The translations under genes were made by a program, and so were the position numbers. A stretch of DNA of 63,851 nt, counting the filler, from Cercozoa sp. M6MM (taxonomy: Eukaryota > Protista > Endomyxa: Ascetosporea): the NCBI GenBank assembly GCA_040357565.1. It is 5 parts of 5 records of this genome, joined end to end, with 100 filler letters (N's around TTAATTAATTAA, not from the genome) between each part and the next. Parts side by side here need not be neighbours in the genome. Positions count along the whole stretch, not along the records: positions 1 to 20,665 come from JBDODJ010000197.1; 4 more parts are not named here. The stretch is one strand, 5' to 3'. The notes below the pieces were generated by a model that worked only from the letters and a program-made list of their open reading frames with translations, was not told the DNA's origin and did no database searches. Of the stretch, positions 1 through 14,161 are shown piece by piece (position 1 is the first letter of the stretch; every line of letters starts with the position of its first letter).

Positions 1-1312
1 CATAGGGGTAAACAGGGGGGTAAACAGGGAGGTAAGAAGGGGGGTAAGAAGGGGGTAAACAGGGGGGGTAAACAGGGGGGTAAGAAGGGGGGTAAGAAGG
101 GGGCACACCAGCCACATCGGCACTGTCGAGAGAAATGGCGCCGCCAGCCGACGCATTCATCGCCGCCAACGCATCGGCGTAGACACGTGCCACACCTGCA
201 GTCATTCTTGTATCTCTGAGCCTCCGCGCGGACAGGAAAATACGGACAGCAACACGAGGTACCGCCTAGGCCGGACTGCAGGTTGGACACGGCCGAGGCA
301 GGCGGCAGAGCGGCCACCTGCGTCGCGTGACTCATCTCCGACTGCGCCGACTTCAGCGCACGCGACACCTCCATCATCGACGTCGATCGCTGCCCGGGGG
401 TAAACATGGGGGGTATAATGGGAGGTAAAATGGGAAGGAAAGAAGGGGAGTCAGAAGGGTTGAACAGGGCATGCAAAAAGGGGTAGCATGGAGGGGTAAA
501 AAGGGTGGTAAAAAGGGTGGTAAACAGGGTGTAAATAGGGTGTAAATAGGGGAGTAAATAGGGGAGTAAAAAGGGGAGTAAATAGGGGAGTAAACAGGGT
601 GTAAATAGGGGGGCAAAAAGGGGAGTAAACAGGGGGCGAGAGGGGGTGCAAGAGGGGGTTAAACAGGGACAGGGACAGGGGGTAAACTCACAGGAGCGAT
701 GCGTGTCTCGGAGGCCTGCGCATGGCCGGAGGCAGCGAGGATGTCGCACTTGGTGCGCTGCCACTCCTGGTCGACCTGTCGCGCCACCTGCTCGCGGAAC
801 AGGCGCGACGTGCAGGCGTTCATCTCGTCCACCAGAGTGCTCAGCATGAGGTCGTTCTCCGCACTCAGTTGTGCCTCGATGTCCAATGCGTCCGGTCGCG
901 GTGCTACCCAGTCAGTATGCCGTATGTATAGTCGTATATATATAGTCGTGTATGTATATATAGTCGTATATAGTCGTAGCTAGCATATAGTCGTACGTAT
1001 AGAGTCGTATGTATAATATAGTCGTATATAGTCGTATGTATAATATAGTCGTATGTATAATATAGTCGTATGTATAATATAGTCGTATGTATAATATAAT
1101 CGTATATATATAGTTGTATGTATAATATAGTCGTATGTACATAGTTATGTATAGCTGTATGGTAGAGGAGACTACCACTCTCGGTGACCACAGGGACGCT
1201 GAGCGTGCGCAGTGCACGGTCATGCTCGCGCATGTTGACTCCTTGCGACGCAAAGAAACGTTCGGCCTCACCCGTTCTGCTTCAACATAGATACAGCACA
1301 CACACATACATA

Positions 1313-1349
<37 letters not shown>

Positions 1350-1593
1350 CCGAGAGACATACCGAGAGACACCTGCCACTTGCTGCGTCTGTGTCATGGC
1401 ATGAGCACCTGCACACACACACAAGTTAGTGCAGCAGCTTGTACAGTTGTTGGACTGACAGAAAACGCCTACCGAGCTGCCGCAGGCCACGTGACACGGC
1501 CGGCGCTGTCATGGGAATCGCCGCCTCCAGCGACTCACTCTCGCGAAGCAGCGCGTCCCAGTCCATCTGCGAATCCGCCGCTTTCTGTGCCAT
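1..1593 (-). CDS. NUP93: Nucleoporin Nup93/Nic96, 5' part (runs off window start)
   Basis: Spliced exons give MDWDALLRESESLEAAIP..PAVSRGLRQL, EAERFFASQGVNMREHDRALRTLS and DIEAQLSAENDLMLSTLVDEMN..QEWQRTKCDILA. These are collinear with the Nup93 N-terminus ([52 protein letters not shown]). Confidence 0.8.
395..685. repeat. G-rich degenerate intronic repeat (GGGGTAAAC/TAGGG-like); similar tract at 1-105
   Basis: Repeated ggggtaaa(c/t)agg units in Nup93 introns, C-rich on the sense strand. Confidence 0.85.
915..1165. repeat. 17-bp minisatellite (TAATATAGTCGTATGTA)n in Nup93 intron
   Basis: Near-perfect tandem copies at about 1040-1095 with degenerate flanking copies. Confidence 0.9.
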
Positions 1594-1898
1594 CACGTGC
1601 TCACCTGCTACGCTCTGCACGCCACACTGGCAATTCTTTACTCGCCCGAGCCTTGCTACTCTGTGATTGGCGCCCGTCCTATCGGCTCTGTTTTGAAATC
1701 CGCTTGAGCCGAATTCTCTTCACGTTTTCGACCTGCTTGCGACCTCATCTGGCGCCTCACTGTGTACAAACCTAGTTTTCTGTTCAGTATTGCTGCTGGG
1801 AAAAAGGAACAAGACTTGCGGCGTGGTCACGAAAGTGGGTGCAACAACACGAAAGAAAGAGAGGAAGACACGACACGTTGGGACAGAGCAGATCCGGA

Positions 1899-3022
1899 AT
1901 GCTGCTGTCGTCAGATGCAATCGAAGCACTCGTGCGCATTTTGAATCGCACAGATGCGCCGTTCAGCGAAGTGAAGCGCGAGTTCGACGTGCAGTTCGGT
2001 GCGAGCGAGGAGGTGAGTTTGGTTTGTGTGTTGGGACAAAAAAGGAAAACGAAGAAAAGCGAAAACGCTGAAAACGCTGAAAGCAGCCTGGTGTGCTGTA
2101 GCAGGCAAAGTCAGCAAAGCCGGAGAAGGCGGAAAAGATCGACTCTCACACGGCGCAGCGCTTCCATGCCGCTGCTGCCTTGTGCGTGCTGGTGCAGGAC
2201 GGTTTGCTGCCACTGGCGCAGCGACTCAACGCTGACTACATCGTTTTGTAGCCTTTAATTTCTTTCTTGACCAGTCAGAAGTTGCGACATGTTATTGCAG
2301 TTCAAGCGAAGCACAGAAGCCCCTCGGATGGCACTCGTTCCTGCCCTTCCTGCTGTCGCGAGTGCAGCTCTTTGACAAACGCAGGCTGGAGGAAGCCAAG
2401 AGCACACTGTCGGCCGATGACATCGCCTATCTCTGCGAGCAGTACCTGATGTCTGTACTCCTGTTTCGACCGCAGACAGGTATATGTTGTTGACTTACTT
2501 CCGCGCGGAAGGAAGCATCATCCCCCTGTGCAGAACTCACCAGTGCTGACGACTTCGTGACGCAGTTCAACTCGGAGCCGGCCTGCACGATGCGAACCTT
2601 GCTGCTCAAGTCGCTCCCAGACCTGGAGCCGATGCGAAAACTCTGTCTCACGCGCCAGCCGGTTTCGTTGCGTTCTTCGGCGCTGCCTGCGTCGGTTATT
2701 GACACCAGGTGCTCCTTTATTTCTTTGTTTGTAACCGTCTAGACAGTGATATCTTTCTGATAGGCACGAGGCACTGCGTCCGTGGCTACGAAGCACCGAA
2801 GGCGACTTCTCCGCCAACAACGTGTCGCCTGAGATGCTACAGATAGACGGCTTTTCTCCGGTAGTCTCAAGTTGCGTTGCTTCCTGTGGAGTCTACTTGT
2901 GGTACTGTACTATGCTGCAGGAGCTGGTGCGACCGTCGCCACCGTCACCCGAAGTGCCGGTCGAGTGGCTTGACTTGTCGCTCACTGCGCCTTTCCTTTT
3001 CGACGAGACTAACTTCGATTGA
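1899..3022 (+). CDS. CNOT11: CNOT11-like protein, N-terminal region only
   Basis: 5 exons. RFHAAAALCVLVQDGLLPLAQRLNADYIV resembles HFRLGSVLVMLLQ..LLPSAAQRLTALYLL; GFSPELVRPSPP..EWLD resembles FRPEFIRPPPP..AWLN. TGA at 3020-3022. Confidence 0.7.
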
Positions 3023-3531
3023 GTGGCTGTTAGTTATGCACATACCGTGTCTCAAAAACTAAAACGACAGAAGTGGGACAAAACGATCGTTTCTTTCTTC
3101 CAGTCGCAGCCGGGCTCACGAGCCAACGATCAAAACGAGCCGAGAGCTGCCCAACCGGCATTCACGCAACTCTGGCGTGTGAGGGTGTTAGTACAGCTAG
3201 TTCGGCAGCTCGCCTTTGTCGAGTTCGCCTGTTCTGTCGCTATCTCCCCTGATTTTTGGGAGTTCTCGCCATCTCGGGTACATGCATTTATGGCCTGCTG
3301 GCGCCGTGCGTTGTGTGCGCCACTTTGTGCGTGTGAGTGCACGCTGTTGACCCAAAGAGCGTGAGCCGAGCGGTTTCGTTGGTCTGCAAAGCGATCTGAT
3401 TTGGGCTGTTGCTGTTCCGCAAAAGGGACTTATTTTGTTGTCGCTCGTTGACCACACGCACATGCTCGTTTTTTTTTTCGTGTCCACTTTTTTGATTCCC
3501 TGGTTGTGAGGTCTGTATTTCGCGTAGCTAG

Positions 3532-6529
3532 ATGCCCGAGAAGCCGAGCGAGAAAGGCGGCCACGATGACGCGAGCTTGCATACGCGGCACACGTCGCAG
3601 CGACTGCTCGCGCTCGAGAAGGCAGAGCTGCTGGATGTCGAGGCCGTCTCGGCCACTGCGAGTTCTGTCTCAACGATGCCAGTGAGCTCCACACCCGACG
3701 AAGACAGCGACGCCGTCGCTGCTGACGAAGCTTTGGCCGAGGCGCGAAACGAAGCTTTGGTCGACGAAGCTCTGGTCGAAGGAGACGCCGACGCTGCCGA
3801 AACTGTCACGGCCGAAGCCAAAGCGAGCGAAATCGGCTCTGACGATAACGAATCTGCCAGTGCTGCCGGTGCCGCTGCGACGTCCGCTTCCGTGGAGGAG
3901 GCGAACGAGAGCGAAAGTCTCCCGGACGGCGTGCTCACTGCGAGCGAAGTTGTTCCGGAGCCCGAAAGTGCCGAAGCTGCCAGTGACGCCGAAAGCGACG
4001 CCGAAAGCAACGCCGAAAGCAATACCGAAAGCGGCGAAAGCGAAAGCAACGGCGAAATCGACGAAAGCAATGGCGAAATCGACGAAAGCGATGGCGAAAT
4101 CGACGAAAGCAATGGCGAAATCGACGAAAGCGATGGCGAAATCGACGAGAGCAATGACGAAATCGACGACGACGCGGCGAGCGAGTCGATCGAGATGAAG
4201 CTCGCCGAGGTGGAAGCGCATCTCATCGAGGAGGAGGAGTTGGTGGACTCGCAGGTCGATACGCAGGTCGATACGAAGCAGGAGGAAGCTCCCGGGTCGC
4301 AAGTGGAAAGCACCGAGTCGCAGGAAACGCAGGTGGCTGCACAGGTGACTGCACATGACAGTGAGGACAGCGAAGCCGGCAGTGTGCACGAGTTGCAACA
4401 CCAACAACAACAACAGCAGCAACAAAAACAACAACAGCAACAACAACAGAAGCAGCACGAGACTGACGACGAGAAGGAACAACTCGAGGAGGAGAAGGAG
4501 GCCGAACTGGTCAGTCAAGAAGAGCACGGTAAGAAACACATCGCCGAGACCGATGAAGACGAGGAGAAACCACCGCCGACCGATTTGACTCGACAGTCCT
4601 CATGTGGCACCTTCCAGGTACATTTTACTGAGGTTGTTTTTTTGGTATTTACATCTTGACTTTTTTTTAGGGGCCGCTGCGACTCATGGCGGGTCACCAT
4701 GCCATCCAAGGTTTGCGCGAAACTATGGAGGACGAGTTCACGCTCATCACACACCCGCAGTTCAACAAGGTGTTACTCCTCCCCCACCTCTCCCCTACCC
4801 TACCCCTCGACCCCCCCCCCCCCTACAGAAGTATCGCCTGCGAGACGAAGTACAGCGCTCGTTCTACGCAGTGTTCGACGGCCACGGCGGCAAAACTGCG
4901 GCAGTTTACACGTCAGCGTATGTTTACCCCCCTGCCCTTAGCTCCCCCTCCCTCTACCTTCATGTGAGACAGGTATCTACATACGGAGGTGGCCAACCGT
5001 CCGTGTTTTCTGGAGAATCCGCGGCAAGCATTGCGCGAGGGCATTCTCAAAGTGCACGACGACTTCGTGTCGCCCATCTTGGACAGTGGACGCAAGTCGT
5101 CGTCAGGCACATGTGCTATCGTGGCCTACGTTGAGGACACTCGGTATGTTGCCCTGTGTCTTTAACCTTGCACCCCTTGAACCCCCCCCCCCCTCCCCTG
5201 GCAGAGTGGTAGTGGCCAACGTGGGCGATTCGCGTGCCGTGCTGTCGCGGAATGGGCACGCCGTGCCTCTGTCGGATGACCACAAGCCTGACAGGCCGGA
5301 CGAGCTGCAGCGCGTGCGAGAGGCCGGAGGCATGGTGGGCAAGAACCTACAGGATGCCATTCGGCGCAGTCAGTCCGCCAAGCGAGGCGGCGGTCGGTCG
5401 TTGTACTATCCCCTTACCCTCCCCACCCCCATATCTGTTTACCTCTCCTTCTCTGCTGTAGTTCGTCGTGCTGGCACTCAGTGTGCGAGTACTTTTGTTC
5501 AGTCCCAGTCCCCGGTGTCATGCGCGTTTTCCCTGGTGGTATGTGTCTTTACACTTTCATGTCTTTATGCTAGTCGTATCTTTATACCAGTCATAGCTAT
5601 ATTCTTGTACTAGTCATATCTTTATACTAGACTGGTCATATCTACCTTACCCCCTCCTAGGCCTGGCCATCTCACGGAGTATCGGCGATCTGGAAGCCGA
5701 GTTTGTCGTGGCAGAGCCGGAGTTTTTCGAGGCCGAGCTGCGGCCGGAGGACGAGTTTCTCATTCTGGCCTGCGACGGCGTGTGGGACGTGCTGACCAAC
5801 CAGGTGCGTGGCTTTAACTTTTTACCTCCCCCCTTACCCCCTCCCCCCCCCCCCTCCCACACAGGAAGCAGTGCGGCACGTGGCGAGACATTTGTCACGC
5901 GGCGCCGACGCAGCGGCCGAAGCACTGGTGGACCAGGCCTTTGCACACGGCAGCAGTGATAACATCTCGTAGGCCTGCCTCCTCCTCTTACCCCCCCCCT
6001 CTACTCCCCCGGCAGAGTAATAGTGATCCAACTGGAGCACTTGAGACCGGCGGCACCAGCGGATGACACGCCGGCCGAGTTGACTGACGGTGTCGTGGAT
6101 GGTGTCACTGAGGGTGTCACTGCCGACGGTGCCGGTGTCACTGACTCTGCTGTCGGTACTGAGGACGGTGACACTGACAAGGACGGTGCAGACAAGGTTA
6201 TCATCAGCAGTCCTGTCGTTGAGAGCAGCAACAACAACGAGAGTGACAATGAGACTGACCAACACACTGCCGAAGTGCTTCAAGGCAAGCGACAACCCTC
6301 GGGCGAACCGATACTCGCCGAGGTACGCGACGACGTGAGCGAAGCGCCGTCGCAGCGCGATCTGCTCGAGACTCCCATGGTGCAGAGCAGGACTCTCGCA
6401 CAGGCCGACTCCTCACCTGAGCAGGTCGAGTTGTTCAGGTAGCCTCCCCCTGTACCTGCCTACCTACCTGTACCTACTCTTGTCTGCAGCATGAGCAAAC
6501 TCGAGGAAGCGCCGGACCAGGAGTCTTAA
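3532..6529 (+). CDS. PP2C/PPM phosphatase with long acidic low-complexity N-terminus
   Basis: Motifs [59 protein letters not shown] and GSSDNIS across GT-AG introns. Confidence 0.93.
4051..4170 (+). repeat. 21-nt coding tandem repeat (GEIDESN/D)x5-6
   Basis: ggcgaaatcgacgaaagc(a/g)at units in PP2C exon 1. Confidence 0.9.
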
Positions 6530-6822
6530 ATCCCCCCAAAAACAAGGAATAGGATCACACGCGCCTTTTTCTCGTGCTTCTGTCGCGCTTCTGTCAATAG
6601 TTTCTGTCTCTTCGAGTTTCAGTGTCAGGTTTTTTAGGTACCATATCTGAACCGCAATTGTTTTTAAAAATTCGGGAATCGGCGCTCCAAGCGGGATCAC
6701 GTTAGGCACTGCGCACAGACCCACGCGAGTGCACTGCTACCTAGGACCACTGCCGGGTGCTGCAAAGACGAACCCAGCACGTTTGACAAAAGCAAAATTT
6801 TTGCTGAAATCAGGGCGAAACA

Positions 6823-8545
6823 ATGACGAAAATTATTGACTTGCTTGTAGGCTCAGTCTCTCTTGTTCTTGCCTATATTGTGTCTGATGTATGAGATGCA
6901 CGATCCCACAGAACGACGTGTCGGGCAACACGTTTTTTTCGCTGGAGTACTTTCCGCCAAAGACCGAGCAGGGCGATGAGAAGCTGCGCCAAAAGTGGGT
7001 GCAGTAACTCTGAAGGTCATTCCTTGTGCTCCCAGTGAAATCACGAGTTTGTTGTAAAACACAGTCGCGTGTTTCGACGCTGTCGCCGCTGTTTGTCGAC
7101 ATGACGTGGGGTGCTGGTGGCACGACGGTACATTTCGTTTGGTTTTTTTTTTGGAAAGCTCAAAGCAACATGTCTTATGCGTGTTGTCGCCCTAGAGCGA
7201 CAAAACGGTGGCCTTGTGCCGCCAGGGCCAGCAAGAACACGGTCTTGAGATGAACATGCACCTCACGTGCACAAACATGCCTGCCGACAAGGTCGACACG
7301 GCTTTGCAAGCTGCAATTGATATGGGTACTGTTTCGATCATTTTCTGTGTTGGCGTGTTTCGCAACTTGAACTGGTGTACAGGTGTGCGTAATATTGTGG
7401 CACTGCGTGGTGATGCGCCAAAGAACGTTGAGAACTGGGTTGCTTGCGAGTAAGACTTGAATTTAATAGTTTTAGCGCTGTAGTTTCGAGTGTTTTCTTG
7501 TATTTTGACACTTCCGCAGGGATGGTTTCTCGTGTGCGTTGGACCTTGTGCGGCACATTCGGTACAATTTCTCAATTGCAAACCGTGAAAGCACACTCAT
7601 GCTGGAGGATGCAGAGCGAAGCATGGCGACCACTTTGGCATCTCTGTTGCTGGCTACCCGGAAGGCCACCCGTCAGTGATCAAGCCGCTTGAAGTTTCCG
7701 AAGATGAGTTGACCGAGACTGAAAAACACCGCGTTGTCGAACTTGCCGAAGAAGATGGCACGGGTAATGTTGTTTCACGTGCATGAATGAGGTCGTGCGT
7801 TGTTTCTCGATGAGATTGTTTCTTGTGCTTGCAGTCAAGAAGTACGTGTGTCGTGACGACGACTTTGCCAAGGAGATTGCCTACCTGAAGCAAAAGGTCG
7901 ATGCCGGTGCCGACTTTATCATCACTCAGGTCGCTTTTGTTTAACTTTTGCTATCTGCGCACGTTTTTGCATCTGTAAATAATGTCACACCTCTGCAGCT
8001 TTTCTACGATATCGCGGTGTACGTCGACTTTGTGCGCCAGTGCCGTGAGGCTGGCATCGAGTGTCCCATCCTGCCGGGTGTCATGCCCATCCTGTCCAAG
8101 GGCGGCTTTGCCCGTATGACGCGTTTCTGCAAGACGCGTGTACCGGTAGTTCTTCCCTTATCTTTCTGCTTTAACTGGAACAATACTGTTTCCTACTTGC
8201 AATAGGCGTTGCTGAGGGCACAGATCGAAGCTTGCGAAGACGCGGCTGCTCTCAAGGAGTTCGGTACCGCTTGCCTAGAAGCACTTTCATGCTTTCGGTA
8301 TGCGTTATACTTCTTCCTAGGTCTCAAGTTTGGCGTTGAGATGTGCAAGAAGCTGCTCGAGGCAGGAGCGCCAGGCATTCACATGTACTCGCTCAACACC
8401 GAGGTGGTGCCACTCGGCATCTTGCGTGAGGTATGCTTTCTACCCTCTGTTTGCACGCTTGTCCGCGAGCTTCTGCTTCTGCTTCTTGCAGGCCGGCTTG
8501 TTGCCGCCAGAGTCGGACGCCACCCCCGTGCCGGCCTCCAACTAA
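6823..8545 (+). CDS. MTHFR: Methylenetetrahydrofolate reductase, catalytic domain only (12 exons)
   Basis: Motifs FSLEYFPPKT, FVDMTWGAGG, MHLTCTN, NIVALRGD, VAGYPEGHP, LKQKVDAGADFIITQLFYD, PILPGVMPI and GIHMYSLN. Confidence 0.95.
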
Positions 8546-8904
8546 TCATTCATCGTTTCTGTTGTTACGGCATAGCGTTTCTTAGTCAATCAAGTCTGTC
8601 ACCTGACTATCCGTCAGCGCGATGATCAAATCTGAACAAGTATGGTTATACGAAGGGTAGGTATCTCCTGCAATACGATAGTCAAGTGTTGTGCAAACCT
8701 GGCTTCTTAGCTCGGGTCATGCTTTCTACAGCTCACGCACTTTGACTGCAGGTACCTCTTAACCAGCTTCCTTCTACGGAGCTTCATCCCTTGCACTTGA
8801 TACGTTCTGCCGTGACAGTGCTTGGGCTGATATAATTTACGTTATTAGCTTCTAAGTTAGGTGCCGCGCAACCCTCAGTTGCAATGGCTCAAGCGAGGCT
8901 ACGG

Positions 8905-12232
<3,328 letters not shown>

Positions 12233-12895
12233 CCTAAACACGCAATGAGCTTGCTTTCAACCGTATTTCGTCAGCTGAAAGGTTTTGGAAATCCGGGTTT
12301 TGTCCAAGCAGAGAAAACTCCAAAAATACGACTTACGAGAAATCTTATTTTTGGAGTTTGCAACCTCCCATTTGAGGGCACAGAGGCAAAAATGAGTCAA
12401 ATAGAGCACAAAACCGCAAGTTTCGCGCGAAACGCCAAGCCAAAGGATTAAAAATGTGAGAAAACAATCTCGTTGCACATCAGTCATCAATCATCATACC
12501 TTTCCTGCTTGGCACGCGCGAAAGCAGGCGCCCTAACGTTCTAGCGCAACCTTGCACGCGTCGCACGTACACACGCTCTCTGTTGTGCCAGCCTGCGGCA
12601 CTGGGGCAATCCAATCTCGGTTTGGCTGTAGCCATCGCTGTTCCGGTTCGGTAGTTCACCCGATAGTCCGAGGGCACGACGAGTAGACACAAGGTGTTCC
12701 TCAGAAGGCTTAGCGGTAACTTCGGAAAATGGGGGATCTGCGCACTGGATGCCAAGTGACGCGACTTTGCGACATCGACGACGCAGAAGGTATTCCTCAA
12801 GACACCGCTGCGTCTTTCAGCTGTTCGACTACAGTAGTGATTCGGGATTTGTGTCAAAATTTAGGCGAAAGCGAAGAGTTCTGGTCAAAGCACGT

Positions 12896-13891
12896 ATGTC
12901 ATTGAAGTACAAAGTCATCGTGCTCGGCGACTGTGGCGTGTAACAAAATGATTTTCTCATTTTCTGGAGTGGGAGCCTAACAGACTCGTGACTGGACAGA
13001 GGCAAAACCTCCGTGCTATCGCGTTTTGTGAACGATTCGTTCGATCAGAACTACTGCAGCACCATTGGGCTGGACTACCTCAGTCGCACGCTGTTCCTTC
13101 CCGAGTGCGTTTTCTTCAGTCATTCCAGCGAAACTGATTTTGGGGTTTCTTTCGGTACCTAGTGGTGAAGACACGATCAACATTAGCTTTAACTTGTGGG
13201 ACACTGCCGGTCAAGAGAGGTACTTATTTGAGTGCTAATACAATAGTATGCAAAGCATGCCATGAGATGTTGTGCAAAGATATCGATCGCTAGTACCGAC
13301 ATACCTGGTACAGATGATATCGATCGCTTTTGCGGACACAATGAGACTAAGTGACTTTACGCACTGGCAGAGGGATGCAGCGATGGCTCTGCTCGTGTGC
13401 GACTTGACGAATGCAAGGACGCTGGAGTCGTTGCAGTCGTGGCTGCAAGACGTCGTTGACAGTGTAAGTTCAAACATGAATAGCCATCAGTTGGCAGTTG
13501 ATTTCAGTGCTACTGTTTCATTTAGGCACCCGACACAGTTCTGCTCTTTGTGGTGGGCAACAAGTGCGATCTCGACGAAGCGAGCGAAGTGAGCATCGAG
13601 ATGCTCGAGCAGTTTGCCCAAGACGCCCAGAAGCAACACCAACTACATCGAGTGCCAGAAGTGGTACGTTTTACCGTGCAGCGAATACTGTAGCTTTGAC
13701 TTGAGGTGCCAAATGAAATTCTGTAGGTTCTCTGCAGTGCCAAAACGGGAAAGGGCGTCAATGAGATGTTTGAGCACGCAGCCGCCATTCTCTTTAAAAA
13801 CAAAAAGAAGGGCGCACGCACCAAGCAGTCGTCATCCACGGTGATTAGGATTAAGGGCGGCGACAATGAAGGCTCTACCTGCGCGTGTTAA
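12896..13891 (+). CDS. Rab GTPase, Rab6-like
   Basis: Motifs GDCGVGKT, STIGLDY, WDTAGQERYRSLVPTYLRD, GNKCD and SAK; C-terminal CAC* (CXC prenylation). Confidence 0.9.
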
Positions 13892-14161
13892 GTTTACAGT
13901 GGGTACAGCTGCGAATCTCAATCGAATATTCAACCGTCAATTCCGACTGTCCGTCAGCAGCAGACTAGTATTGCTGTGTGCTTAGATGACCACTGGACAT
14001 TGAGTCCGCGCAGTGCGTGAATTCATGGACCCAACCAGTTTGACCGAGTTAATGTGTCGCATGCGCGCTCGACTACACTCGGACTTCACTCGAATTTTGA
14101 CAAGGACCTACTCTGATTAACCCGAGAGAAACTGCCTGACTGTTTTACGAGCGATGTGGGC

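Noticed and set aside
915-1165. CRISPR-like array
   Set aside because: Head-to-tail repeats without unique spacers, in a eukaryotic intron, with no cas genes.
374-1490. ORFs rich in P/Y/I or VC/TH (also at the CA/GT repeats)
   Set aside because: Translations of intronic mini- and microsatellites.
3020-3364. TGA readthrough or selenocysteine extending CNOT11
   Set aside because: The downstream frame shows no CNOT11 C-terminal similarity. TGA, TAA and TAG all end conserved genes here, so there is no sign of a variant genetic code.
3528-4539. Long antisense and alternative-frame ORFs over PP2C exon 1
   Set aside because: Shadow ORFs of low-complexity repeats.
12595-12750. U4-like (CTGGGGCAAT, CCGAGG) and U1-like (TGGGGGA..TGCG) fragments
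   Set aside because: Spacing is wrong, and there is no ACTTACCTG 5' end or properly placed Sm site.
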